A stretch of 64,000 nt of DNA, from positions 2,031 through 66,030 of the forward strand of contig NZ_DASUNI010000344.1 in assembly GCF_036277215.1 (NCBI RefSeq). The letters run 5' to 3'. This document shows, in pieces, positions 39,896 to 49,996 of this stretch (the stretch's first letter is position 1; every line of letters starts with the position of its first letter). The notes below the pieces were generated by a model. That model did not search any database and had not been told where the DNA came from. It saw nothing but the letters and a program-made list of their open reading frames with translations. Position numbers and translations under genes: made by a program. Origin of the DNA: Microbacterium sp. (GTDB lineage: Bacteria; Actinomycetota; Actinomycetes; Actinomycetales; Microbacteriaceae).

Positions 39896-40739
39896 CCGCC
39901 GACGCCGCGAGCGCATCGAACTCCGCCCGCGCCGCACTCTCGAGCGCGCGACGGCGAGCCCAATAGACATCGAACGATCGCTCGGCGGGCCATTCGGCAT
40001 CCACGAGATCTCGGGGAAGCCGCGGATCGGCGCGGAGGAGCGCCAGCCAGTCCGCGACCAGCATGGTCCTGGTCGAGAGTGCGGAACGGCCGTCCTTTCC
40101 GAAAGGGCCGCCCCACTCGTCGATGAAGGCGAGGTGCTCACCGCGGATCGCGTCCAGGTTCCAGGCAGCCCGCACACTGTCGCCCATCGCGTACCCGGGC
40201 AGCTCTTGAGCGTGGAAGGCGGTGACGGCGCCGGCCGGCAGGCTCGCCCGCAACGGTTCCAGCGCCGACGCCAGGTCGACTTCTCCGGGCGCCAGCCAGA
40301 GCCCGTCGCGGAGCGGTGCGAAGCCCTCCCAGATGAGCGCCGACCTCAAGCGGTGGCGCAGCGTGCGCTGATGCTCCGGAATCGTGAAGGTGACCAGCGT
40401 CCAGCCGGTTCCGTGCGGCTCGAACGGATGCTGGCCGCGGACGCGCTCGGTCGCCTCACGCAGCACGGCGGAGCCCTCGTCGGTGAGGGAGAACACGATC
40501 TCGCGGCCACGTCGCTCCCTGGCGAGCAGGCTGCGGCGCACCATCCGGTCGAGCGTCGCTCTCGTTGCCGGGGCTGCGACGCCAGCGCCTTCGAGCACGT
40601 CGATGAGGGCGCTGGCCCGCAGGGACGGTACGTCCTGATCCACCACGTACTCGCCGAAGAACGCCAGCAGCAGCTGCTTGGGCTGGCGGCTGCGCGCCGG
40701 CCTGCCGGACTCGTCGGCGACGGTCGATGCACTCGTCAT
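39861..40739 (-). CDS. PaaX family transcriptional regulator
   Basis: QLLLAFFGEYV...ALIDVLEGAGV...TRATLDRMVRRSLL N-terminal wHTH, and WTLVTFTIPE in the middle domain. ATGA overlap with the ABC ATPase stop. Confidence 0.75.
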   Translation of the reverse strand: MTSASTVADESGRPARSRQPKQLLLAFFGEYVVDQDVPSLRASALIDVLEGAGVAAPATRATLDRMVRRSLLARERRGREIVFSLTDEGSAVLREATERVRGQHPFEPHGTGWTLVTFTIPEHQRTLRHRLRSALIWEGFAPLRDGLWLAPGEVDLASALEPLRASLPAGAVTAFHAQELPGYAMGDSVRAAWNLDAIRGEHLAFIDEWGGPFGKDGRSALSTRTMLVADWLALLRADPRLPRDLVDAEWPAERSFDVYWARRRALESAARAEFDALAASAVSRRTVSALPG

Positions 40740-41536
40740 GCGCCCGGACGAACCGCTTCGCCGCGCTTGGCCCGCTGGATCTGCTCGTAGACGTGGGTGC
40801 GCAGTTCGGTGAATCGGGGCAGCGCACGCGTGGTGATCTGGTCGCGCGTGGCGGCCAGATCGATCGCGAGATCCTCCTGAACCCACGTCGGCGACTTCGA
40901 CAGCACGATCACCCGCTCGCCGAGGTAGACCGATTCGTCGATGTCGTGCGTGACGAAGAGGATCGACATCCCGCGCTCCAGGTGCAGGCTGCGCACGAGA
41001 TCCTCGAGATCGGCGCGCGTCTGGGCGTCGACCGCCGCGAACGGCTCGTCCATGATGAGCACCTCGGGCTGGTAGGCGACGGCTCGTGCGATGGCGACAC
41101 GCTGCTGCATTCCGCCCGAGAGCTGCCACGGGTAGCTCTTCACGGCATGCTCCAGGCCCACGGCCGCGATCGCATCCTCGACCAGCCGATCACGCTCTGC
41201 GGTCGGGAGCTTCTTGTGCTTGAGCGGAAGCTCGACGTTGCCGCGCACCGTGAGCCACGGGTACAGGCTGCGGCCGTACTCCTGGAAGACGAGCGCCATG
41301 TTCTCCGGCGGGCCGCTGACGCGTCTGCCGTGGAGTTCCACGGTCCCGGCCGTCGGCCGCAGCAGACCGGCGATGCACTTGAGAAGCGTCGTCTTGCCGC
41401 ATCCCGACGGGCCGACGATGCAGACGAGCTCCCCCGACCCCATCGCGAAGCTGATGTCGCCGATGGCCTCCACGTTGCCGGTCGTGGACTCGTACACCTT
41501 CTTCAGATGCTCGACCTTGAGCAGGGTTTCAGGCAC
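40736..41536 (-). CDS. ABC transporter ATP-binding protein (NitT/TauT family)
   Basis: GPSGCGKTT, LSGGMQQRVAIARA and LIMDEPF motifs. The GTG start overlaps the permease end by 8 nt. Confidence 0.9.
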   Translation of the reverse strand: MPETLLKVEHLKKVYESTTGNVEAIGDISFAMGSGELVCIVGPSGCGKTTLLKCIAGLLRPTAGTVELHGRRVSGPPENMALVFQEYGRSLYPWLTVRGNVELPLKHKKLPTAERDRLVEDAIAAVGLEHAVKSYPWQLSGGMQQRVAIARAVAYQPEVLIMDEPFAAVDAQTRADLEDLVRSLHLERGMSILFVTHDIDESVYLGERVIVLSKSPTWVQEDLAIDLAATRDQITTRALPRFTELRTHVYEQIQRAKRGEAVRPGA

Positions 41537-42353
41537 GTTCGACCTCCTTGATTCCGTGGTACCAGCGCAGGACGCGCTTCTCCACGACGCTGAACAGCGC
41601 GGCGAGGAGCACACCGATCAGACCGAGGAGCAGGATGCCGCTCCACATCTCCGCGATGAGGTAATTGCGCTGGAAGTACACGATCCGATAGCCGAGCCCC
41701 GACGACGATGCGAACATCTCGGAGATGACCATCAGGATCAGCGCCACCGACATGGTCTGCCGGACACCGGCCATGATCCTGGGGCTGGCCGACGGCAGCA
41801 CGAGGTAGCGCAGTCGCTCACCTCGCGTGAGGGCGAAGGATCGCGCAGTCTCGGTCATGACGCTGTCGGTCGAGCGCACGCCTTCGATGGTGTTCAACAG
41901 CACCGGCCACACCGCACCGAAGACGATCACGGCGACCTTCATGGCGTCCGTGATCCCCATGAGCAGCATCACGATGGGGATCAGCACGGGGGGCGGGATC
42001 GCCCGGAAGAACTCCAGCAGCGGCTCGAGCGTCTCGCGCAGCCACCGGTTCAGGCCGATCAGGGTTCCGGCGACGATGCCGATCGTGATCGACAGGACGA
42101 TGCCCAGGGCGAGGCGGCCGAGGCTCGGAAGGACATCCGTGAAGAACGCCGGTCCGACCCATGTGTCGACGAAGGCTTCGAGGATGACGAGGGGACCGGG
42201 GAAGAACTGGGCCGGCGCCACGGTGGCCCATACCCCCCAGAGCAGAAGCAGCAGGAAGGGCAGACCGATCGCATACATGATGCTGTCGCGCACGCGCTTC
42301 CACGACTGCGCGCGCTGCTGGGGCACCCGCACCGTGCTGGTGTACAGGGTCAC
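41529..42353 (-). CDS. ABC transporter permease (NitT/TauT family)
   Basis: 6-TM binding-protein-dependent transport signature. GTGA overlap upstream. Confidence 0.85.
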   Translation of the reverse strand: MTLYTSTVRVPQQRAQSWKRVRDSIMYAIGLPFLLLLLWGVWATVAPAQFFPGPLVILEAFVDTWVGPAFFTDVLPSLGRLALGIVLSITIGIVAGTLIGLNRWLRETLEPLLEFFRAIPPPVLIPIVMLLMGITDAMKVAVIVFGAVWPVLLNTIEGVRSTDSVMTETARSFALTRGERLRYLVLPSASPRIMAGVRQTMSVALILMVISEMFASSSGLGYRIVYFQRNYLIAEMWSGILLLGLIGVLLAALFSVVEKRVLRWYHGIKEVERA

Positions 42354-43150
42354 AGGACCTCCTCCCCCCGAACCGACTGGTGCCAGGCCAAGGACTTGCG
42401 TTCGACGAACCGGAAGCCGAGATTGATCGCCAACCCGAGGAGACCGGTCACGATCACGAGCGAGTAGACGCCGACCCAGTCGCCCGCGGCCTGGTAGAAG
42501 ACGATCTCGCGCCCGAGTCCGGGCGTTCCGATCACCATCTCCGCCGTGATCGCGAGAATGAGCGCCACGGATGCCGCCAGCCGAAGTCCCGTCATCAGAT
42601 ACGGCAGGGCCGTGGGCAGGATCAGGTACCTGACCCGCTCGGCGCGCGTCAGACCGAAGCTGCGGGCGGTGTCGCGCGCCACGGCATCCACATCCGCCAC
42701 GCCGTAGAGCACCTGCACGAAGACCTGCCAGAAGCTGGCGAACACGATGATCACGAGCGCCGCCTGCAGCTGGATGCCGTAGACGAGCACAGCCAGCGGG
42801 ATCAGAGCGACGGACGGGATCGGTCGCAGGAATTCCACGGTGGTGTGCGTCGCCCGGCGTAGGAACGGCACCAACCCGATGACGGTGCCGAGGATCGTCG
42901 CGGCGACCGTGGCGATGAGCAGGCCGAGGAACCACGCCGTCATCGTGCGCCCGACGTTCCGCCAGAACTCCAGGTCGCGCAGCTCCTGGAAGAGGCGAGC
43001 CAGCGTCTCCGTCGCATAGGGCAGGTACTGCGGGCTGATGATCCCGAGGGTCGGGATCAGCTGCCAGACGATCAGGAATCCGACGATTCCGGCGGTGCCC
43101 AGGGCGACCTTGCGGGCCGTGCGTGCGGCGCGCGTCGTGGGGGGAGCCAT
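42350..43150 (-). CDS. ABC transporter permease (NitT/TauT family), paralog
   Basis: Colinear with 41529-42353. The remainder of the 643-aa track ORF is rejected. Confidence 0.85.
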   Translation of the reverse strand: MAPPTTRAARTARKVALGTAGIVGFLIVWQLIPTLGIISPQYLPYATETLARLFQELRDLEFWRNVGRTMTAWFLGLLIATVAATILGTVIGLVPFLRRATHTTVEFLRPIPSVALIPLAVLVYGIQLQAALVIIVFASFWQVFVQVLYGVADVDAVARDTARSFGLTRAERVRYLILPTALPYLMTGLRLAASVALILAITAEMVIGTPGLGREIVFYQAAGDWVGVYSLVIVTGLLGLAINLGFRFVERKSLAWHQSVRGEEVL

Positions 43151-43218
43151 GATGCCTTCCCGTCTGTCTCGCGGAGGTTTCGCGGGATGCCTCGGCGACC
43201 GAGGCATCCCGCCAACCG

Positions 43219-44208
43219 TCACTGCGGCTGGATCAGCGTGTCGAGGTCCGGTTCGGCGTCGAGCACGCCGAACTCGATGGCCAGGCCGACGAGCTCCTCG
43301 ATCGCTGCGACATCCACTTCGGAGGTGAACTCCGGGAGCGTGATGCTGTCGGCCGCGGCCTCGGGAATGCCCATGTTGGCGACGATCGCCGCACGTACCG
43401 CGTCTTCGTTGGCCGCCGCCCAATCCAGCGCCTCGGTCATCGCCGCGGCGAACTCCGACACCAGCTCCGGGTCGGAGTCCAGCAGCTGCTGAGTGGTGAT
43501 GTCGACGAGCAGCGGAAGACCGGGAATCGTCGCCTGGTACGGATGCACCACGAGGTTGCCGCCCGCGCCGACGATCTGCGACATGAACGGGTCCGGCACC
43601 CACGCGGCATCGATGTTGCCCGCGTCGAGCTGCGCCTGAGCGTCGGGGAAGGCGACCTCGACGAACTCGATCGTCGTGGGATCGCCGCCGTCGTCCTGGA
43701 CCGCCTTCATGATCGTGACGTCGCCTGCCGCGCCCAGGCTGTTGACCGAGACCCGCTTGCCCGCGAGATCCGCAGGAGTCGTGATGCCGGAGTCCGCGAG
43801 GGACACCACGGCGTTGACGTCCTTGCCCTCGGCGAGCGAGCTGGCGTAGTTGCCGATCACGACGATGCCCAGGTCCTGGAGGTCGGCGCGGATCGGCCCG
43901 AAGGGCTGACCGATCGCGAACTGGATGTCGCCGCTCAACAGGGCCGGAATCGCCTGAGCGCCGCCCTGGGCGGGGACGACCTCGACCTCGAGCCCGTGCT
44001 CTTCGAAAATCCCCTCGTCGATGGCGCCCCAGAGGGCACCGGTCTCGGCGATCGGGAGAGCGGCGACGCGAACGGGGGTCAACGCCTCGTCGCCGCCTGC
44101 GGCGTCGTCCGTTGCGGCCGGGGACGGGCTCGCACCGGAGTCGGTGCATCCCGCCAGGGCGAGTGCGGCAGCGGCGAGCAGGCCGAGCGTGGCAAGACTC
44201 TTCTTCAT
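43219..44208 (-). CDS. ABC transporter substrate-binding lipoprotein (NMT1/SsuA/ThiY-like)
   Basis: Lipobox LALAGCTD. Type-2 periplasmic binding fold typical of NitT/TauT systems. ATG at 44208 has GAGAGG 7 nt upstream. Confidence 0.8.
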   Translation of the reverse strand: MKKSLATLGLLAAAALALAGCTDSGASPSPAATDDAAGGDEALTPVRVAALPIAETGALWGAIDEGIFEEHGLEVEVVPAQGGAQAIPALLSGDIQFAIGQPFGPIRADLQDLGIVVIGNYASSLAEGKDVNAVVSLADSGITTPADLAGKRVSVNSLGAAGDVTIMKAVQDDGGDPTTIEFVEVAFPDAQAQLDAGNIDAAWVPDPFMSQIVGAGGNLVVHPYQATIPGLPLLVDITTQQLLDSDPELVSEFAAAMTEALDWAAANEDAVRAAIVANMGIPEAAADSITLPEFTSEVDVAAIEELVGLAIEFGVLDAEPDLDTLIQPQ

Positions 44209-44316
44209 GAACATGCCTCTCTGTGTCGTGGTCGCACCGACGACTACAGGTGGGCGCTGGATGCGTCCAGCCGCACGCCATCGTGGGACGGTGCCATGTT
44301 CGGCCACCCCGCGACG

Positions 44317-44345
44317 ATTGTCAAGAAAAACGTGACGGGCGTCAC
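44317..44345 (-). promoter_or_regulatory. Upstream region of the NitT/TauT operon: a 10/11 copy of the TTGTTGACAAT motif (TTCTTGACAAT on the minus strand) plus the palindrome GTGAC-GGGC-GTCAC
   Basis: Read directly. ATTGTCAAGAA at 44317-44327, palindrome at 44332-44345. Confidence 0.4.
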
Positions 44346-44387
44346 CAAGACGTTAACTGAGCGCCCTTCGCCCAGTCCTTCACCCCG

Positions 44388-44603
44388 TCACTCGACCTCG
44401 TCGAGGCGGAAGCCGACCTTGAGCGTCACCTGGAAGTGATGGACTGTGTTGTCCTCGAGGTGCCCGCGCACCGACACCACCTCGAACCAGTCGATGTTGT
44501 GGAGCGTCTTGGCCGCTCGGCCGAGGCCGTTGCGGATCGCGGCATCCACTCCGTCGGGCGACGTGCCCACGATCTCGGTCACGCGATAGGTGTGGTCGGT
44601 CAT
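44388..44603 (-). CDS. Dodecin family flavin-binding protein
   Basis: 71 aa. HTYRVTEIVGTSPDGVDAAI...WFEV...GHL....V.HFQVT.KVGFRL closely matches recalled mycobacterial dodecin. Strong GGAGGA RBS. Confidence 0.8.
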   Translation of the reverse strand: MTDHTYRVTEIVGTSPDGVDAAIRNGLGRAAKTLHNIDWFEVVSVRGHLEDNTVHHFQVTLKVGFRLDEVE

Positions 44604-44703
44604 GATTCCTCCTCGCCGCGACGGGGCGTCGCCGATGCCCCGACCATACTCCCGACCCTGCAGGCGGCGCGGGGTCCGCTGCGCCCAGCCGCCGCCCGCT
44701 TTG

Positions 44704-44736
44704 CCTATAGACATTCCCTATGTCCATAGGTATTCT
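44704..44736 (+). promoter_or_regulatory. Predicted promoter of the metF-purU-ligM operon with embedded inverted repeat CCTATAGACAT-N5-ATGTCCATAGG
   Basis: TAGACA (44708-44713)-17 nt-TATTCT (44731-44736). 11-bp arms with one mismatch. An AT-rich island in GC-rich DNA. Confidence 0.55.
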
Positions 44737-44792
44737 GGAGGTAGGCAAACGCGACGATGCGAACCTGCTGAATGCGGAAAGGACCTCGATCA

Positions 44793-45704
44793 GTGTCAAA
44801 GACCACACACGTCATGGCCAATCGCCAGGCGGCTCTGGAGCTGGTGTCCGGCTACTCCCTCGAGATGACGGGCAAGGATGTTCCCGGCCTGATGGAGGCG
44901 AAGGACACGATCCCGGCGGGGACGAAGATCAACGTCACGTTCCTGGGCAACGAGGATCTCGAGATGCGGGTGTCGGCGGCCAAGGCGGTCCGCGAGCTGG
45001 GCTTCATCCCGGTTCCGCACATCTCGGCCCGGCGGCTGTCGTCGCGGGCGCAGTTGGAGGAGTTCCTGTCCCGGCTGCAGGATGTCGGGGCGACCGAGAG
45101 CGTGTTCGTCGTGGGCGGCGACCCGGCCACGCCGGAGGGGCCGTACGAGGACTCCTATGACGTGATCCGCACCGGCCTGCTGCTGGACTACGGCGTCAAG
45201 GAGGTCTCGATCGCCGGGTACCCCGAGGGTCACCCGGACATCTCGACCGACGTGCTGTGGCGGGCGTTGGAGGACAAGTCGCTGTCGCTGGCGCAGCAGG
45301 GTCTGGGCGCGACGATCCTGACCCAGTTCGCGTTCGACACCGACCCGGTGCTGGCGTGGATCGAGGCGGTCCGCGCCCGCGGCATCCAGAGCACGATCCG
45401 GGTCGGAACGCCCGGACCTGCCGGGATCAAGCGGTTGATCGGCTTCGCCCGCCGTTTCGGGGTCGGAGCGAACGCGATGATCGTCAAGAAGTACGGCTTC
45501 TCGCTGACCAACCTGATGGGCACCGCCGGACCCGACAAGTTCGTCACCGACCTGTCCGCGCTGCTCGCCGAGACGGCACCGGTCACCGCCGCAGAAGGTG
45601 CGACGACCCCCGCCGCAGGACCTGTCAAACTGCACTTCTATACGTTCGGCGGGTTGCTGGCCACCTCGGAGTGGGCGCGGGACTACGCCGCCGCCCAGTC
45701 CTGA
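44793..45704 (+). CDS. metF: Methylenetetrahydrofolate reductase (MetF-like)
   Basis: MTHFR fold segments (NVTFLGNEDL, FVVGGD, AGYPEGHP, TQFAFD). Start is ambiguous: GTG 44793 has AAGGA upstream, with alternatives at ATG 44772 or 44814. Confidence 0.8.
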   Translation: MSKTTHVMANRQAALELVSGYSLEMTGKDVPGLMEAKDTIPAGTKINVTFLGNEDLEMRVSAAKAVRELGFIPVPHISARRLSSRAQLEEFLSRLQDVGATESVFVVGGDPATPEGPYEDSYDVIRTGLLLDYGVKEVSIAGYPEGHPDISTDVLWRALEDKSLSLAQQGLGATILTQFAFDTDPVLAWIEAVRARGIQSTIRVGTPGPAGIKRLIGFARRFGVGANAMIVKKYGFSLTNLMGTAGPDKFVTDLSALLAETAPVTAAEGATTPAAGPVKLHFYTFGGLLATSEWARDYAAAQS

Positions 45705-45714
45705 GGAGAGGCCG

Positions 45715-46599
45715 ATGAGCCTGCACAACGAAGCCCTGCGCGACCACGCCTGTCTGATCGTGCACGGCCCGGACCAGCCCGGGATCGTCGCGGCGATCAC
45801 GTCGCTGATCACCCGCAACCAGGGCAACATCGTGTCGTTGGACCAGTACTCCGACGACGCGTTCGGCGGGGCGTTCTTCCAGCGGGTGGTGTTCCACCGT
45901 GCCGACCTGGCCGCGACGATGCCCGAGATCGAAGCGGACCTGGAAAAGACGCTCGGTGCGCTCGGACTGGAGTGGACCCTGACCGATCAGTCGATTCCGA
46001 AGCGGATGGCGATCCTGGCGTCCACCTCGGACCACTGCCTGCTGGAGCTGCTCTGGCGGCACCGCCGCGGCGAGTTGCCGGTGACCATTCCGATGGTGAT
46101 CTCCAACCACACCAACACCGCCGAGGACGTCCGCTCCTTCGGGATCCCGTTCTTCCACGTCCCCTCCCAGGGGCCGGACAAGTCCGCCGCCGAAGCCCGG
46201 ATCCTGGAACTGCTCAAGGGCAACGTCGATTTCATCGTCCTGGCCCGCTACATGCAGATCATCTCCGAGGACTTCCTCGAAGACGTCGCCGTCCCGGTGA
46301 TCAACATCCACCACTCGTTCCTGCCCGCCTTCATCGGCGCGGCCCCGTATCGCAAGGCCAAGGAACGCGGCGTGAAGCTGATCGGCGCGACCAGCCACTA
46401 CGTCACCAAAGACCTCGACGAGGGCCCGATCATCGAGCAGGACGTCGCCCGCGTGAACCACGCGATGGATGCCGCCGACCTGCAGTCCCGCGGCGCCTAC
46501 GTCGAGCGCGCCGTGCTCTCCCGTGCCGTGCAGTGGCACGCCCAAGACCGCGTCATCCGACACGGCAACCAGACCATCGTCTTCACCGACCGACCCTGA
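45715..46599 (+). CDS. purU: Formyltetrahydrofolate deformylase
   Basis: N-terminal ACT domain (LIVHGPDQPGIVAAITS) plus formyltransferase core (ISNH, LARYMQI, INIHHSFLPAF.GA.PY). Confidence 0.9.
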   Translation: MSLHNEALRDHACLIVHGPDQPGIVAAITSLITRNQGNIVSLDQYSDDAFGGAFFQRVVFHRADLAATMPEIEADLEKTLGALGLEWTLTDQSIPKRMAILASTSDHCLLELLWRHRRGELPVTIPMVISNHTNTAEDVRSFGIPFFHVPSQGPDKSAAEARILELLKGNVDFIVLARYMQIISEDFLEDVAVPVINIHHSFLPAFIGAAPYRKAKERGVKLIGATSHYVTKDLDEGPIIEQDVARVNHAMDAADLQSRGAYVERAVLSRAVQWHAQDRVIRHGNQTIVFTDRP

Positions 46600-46622
46600 C
46601 CACCACGGACGCCTCGACCTGA

Positions 46623-48065
<1,443 letters not shown>

Positions 48066-48082
48066 GCCTGCCGCAATATGCT

Positions 48083-48134
48083 CGAGGGGGTTCGCCCGAT
48101 CAGGTTCCTCAACCTGGCTCAGGGCGAACCCTCT
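48083..48134. terminator. Hairpin GAGGGGGTTCGCCC...GGGCGAACCCTCTC with a nested CAGGTT-CCTC-AACCTG stem
   Basis: 14-bp stem with one mismatch, read directly after the ligM stop. No strong U-tract, so possibly an attenuator before padR. Confidence 0.4.
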
Positions 48135-48178
48135 CGCACCATTTCAGCCCCGCCGCCCGCGCCGACGAAGGAGGCCCC

Positions 48179-48766
48179 GTGAGTCTGCGGTACGCCCTGC
48201 TGGCGTTGCTGCGCGTCGGGCCGCTGTCGGGGTACGACCTCCAGAAGCAGTTCTCCCTGTCCGTCGGTCACGTCTGGCACGCGCCGGACTCGCAGATCTA
48301 TCCCGAACTTCGCAAGATGGAGACCGAGGGCCTGATCGAGGGCGAAGACCAGGCGCGGGGCCAGCGCGGCACGCGGCGGGTCTACCACGTCACGAACGCC
48401 GGCGAGCAGGCGTACATCCAGTGGATGCGATCGCCGCTCGATTACCAGCGGGTCCGCGACCCCGCGCACCTGCGCGCCGCGTACCTCGAGAACACCTCGC
48501 CGGACGCGGCCCGCGCGTTCTTCCGCGCGCACATCGCCGAATGGGAGTCGGAGCTCGAGCAGTGGGAGCAGGAGTTGCGCCGCATCGACGCGCGGGACAA
48601 CCCGATGCTCGTCCGGCGGCTCGCGGTCACCCCCGAGAGCGACCACGAGCGCACGGTCGCCTTCAAGCGCCTCGCCTACGAGGGGCTCGTAGATCGCGCG
48701 GTCGGCGAGATCGCCTGGGCCCACCGCGGCCTGGACCTGATCGACCGCCTGGAGGCCGTCGACTGA
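48179..48766 (+). CDS. PadR family transcriptional regulator
   Basis: LRYALLALLRVGPLSGYDL...IYPELRKMETEGLI wHTH. GTG start with GAAGGAGG upstream. Confidence 0.85.
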   Translation: MSLRYALLALLRVGPLSGYDLQKQFSLSVGHVWHAPDSQIYPELRKMETEGLIEGEDQARGQRGTRRVYHVTNAGEQAYIQWMRSPLDYQRVRDPAHLRAAYLENTSPDAARAFFRAHIAEWESELEQWEQELRRIDARDNPMLVRRLAVTPESDHERTVAFKRLAYEGLVDRAVGEIAWAHRGLDLIDRLEAVD

Positions 48767-48796
48767 CCACCCGCGGGCCCACCCCCGCCTCCTCGC

Positions 48797-48865
48797 GCGA
48801 GACTGCAACCGGTGGTCGAAACAGCGGGTAGCGCCCGCAGTCTCGACTTCCCGATGCAGTCTCGC
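48797..48865. repeat. GC-rich palindromic intergenic element (GCGAGACTGC with two alternative partners GCAGTCTCG)
   Basis: Lies between the convergent padR (+) and beta-lactamase-like (-) genes. Shares GAGAC...GGTCGAAAC with 38571-38633. Confidence 0.45.
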
Positions 48866-48899
48866 TGTCAGAAACGCGAATCGCGCGCAGCGGGAAAAC

Positions 48900-49859
48900 T
48901 CAGAACACGTACTCCATCAGGTCCACGCCCAGCGTCCGGAACGCCTGGTGCGCCCGAAGCCGGTGGGCGATCGACAGGTCGTCGAAGCACACGATCAGCG
49001 CATATGAGATCCCCGCCCGCGGGCCGGCCAGCACTCCGGCTTCGACGCGGATGCCGGCATCGTGACCCGTCTTGTTGATGAAGAGCAGCCCGTGCTCGTC
49101 GTTCTCGTGCGCGAACGGGTCGAGTCCGGTCGCCGAGGCGACGAGCGAGAGATCGTGGTTGAGGCTCAGCCACTCCGCCACCTGAGCGCTGACGCCGGCC
49201 GACACCGCCTCCGAATTCACCAGGGCCGCGAAGATCTCGGCCAGTTCGCGGGCGGAGCCCAGCGCCACCTGCGGCGCGTCGTCGGGCCCGCGCTTGTCGC
49301 GGAACTCATCGATGAGCGCCGTCTGCGTCAGGCCGAGCTGCTCGATCCGGGCGCGGACTGCGGGCAGCCCGACGCGCTCGATCAGCGCGTTGGCCGCGAG
49401 GGTGTCGCCCGTCGACGCGGTGAGGACGGCGAGGTCCGACAGCGGCAGGGCGGGCGCCTTGAGGTGCTGCCAGACTCCCGCGCCGGTGGTCGAATCCAGC
49501 GACGACCGATCGATGATCTCGAGCGGATCGAGGGCACCGGACTCGAAGCCGGCGGCCACGTCGATGAGCAGCGGTACGACGCCCAGTCCCGCGATCGGCA
49601 GCACCACGAAGTCATCCCCCGCGAGCACCGTCGTGCCCCGGTCGAGGTCTGTGATGCGCACCGCGATGCGCGCGCCGGACGCGGCCAGTTCGTCGAGCGC
49701 CTTCAGGGTCGACGTGAACGATCTGCGTCCGACGGCTGCCCTCCGAGGCAGTCGTCTGTTGCTTCGTCGCGACCCCCGCAGCGACTCGGCATCCCGTTTG
49801 AGTGGCTCCTGAGTAGGGCGTTCAGCGCCCGTATCGAAGGGCTCTGGGGCAATGCCCAC
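48900..49859 (-). CDS. Class A beta-lactamase-fold protein (possibly non-catalytic)
   Basis: A KTG motif is present (INKTGHD) and the overall order resembles class A enzymes. The position expected for SxxK reads PIAGLG. The N-terminal boundary is uncertain. Confidence 0.5.
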   Translation of the reverse strand: MGIAPEPFDTGAERPTQEPLKRDAESLRGSRRSNRRLPRRAAVGRRSFTSTLKALDELAASGARIAVRITDLDRGTTVLAGDDFVVLPIAGLGVVPLLIDVAAGFESGALDPLEIIDRSSLDSTTGAGVWQHLKAPALPLSDLAVLTASTGDTLAANALIERVGLPAVRARIEQLGLTQTALIDEFRDKRGPDDAPQVALGSARELAEIFAALVNSEAVSAGVSAQVAEWLSLNHDLSLVASATGLDPFAHENDEHGLLFINKTGHDAGIRVEAGVLAGPRAGISYALIVCFDDLSIAHRLRAHQAFRTLGVDLMEYVF

Positions 49860-49996
49860 CGGTGTTCCTTCCAGTGTGAGGGGGAAATGCGTGATGCGCG
49901 CGGATGCGCGCGCGATGCGTCAGAGAGAGCGTGTTCTGTTGTGAAGCGAGGTGGATCCGGATGCCGCGAACGATCGGGCGACTGGCGCGGAGCGTC

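Noticed and set aside
44215-44387. Possible riboswitch (TPP or THF type) in the leader of the NitT/TauT operon or upstream of metF
   Set aside because: I could not find the conserved TPP (CUGAGA...ACCUGA) or THF riboswitch cores. Only short generic hairpins are present.
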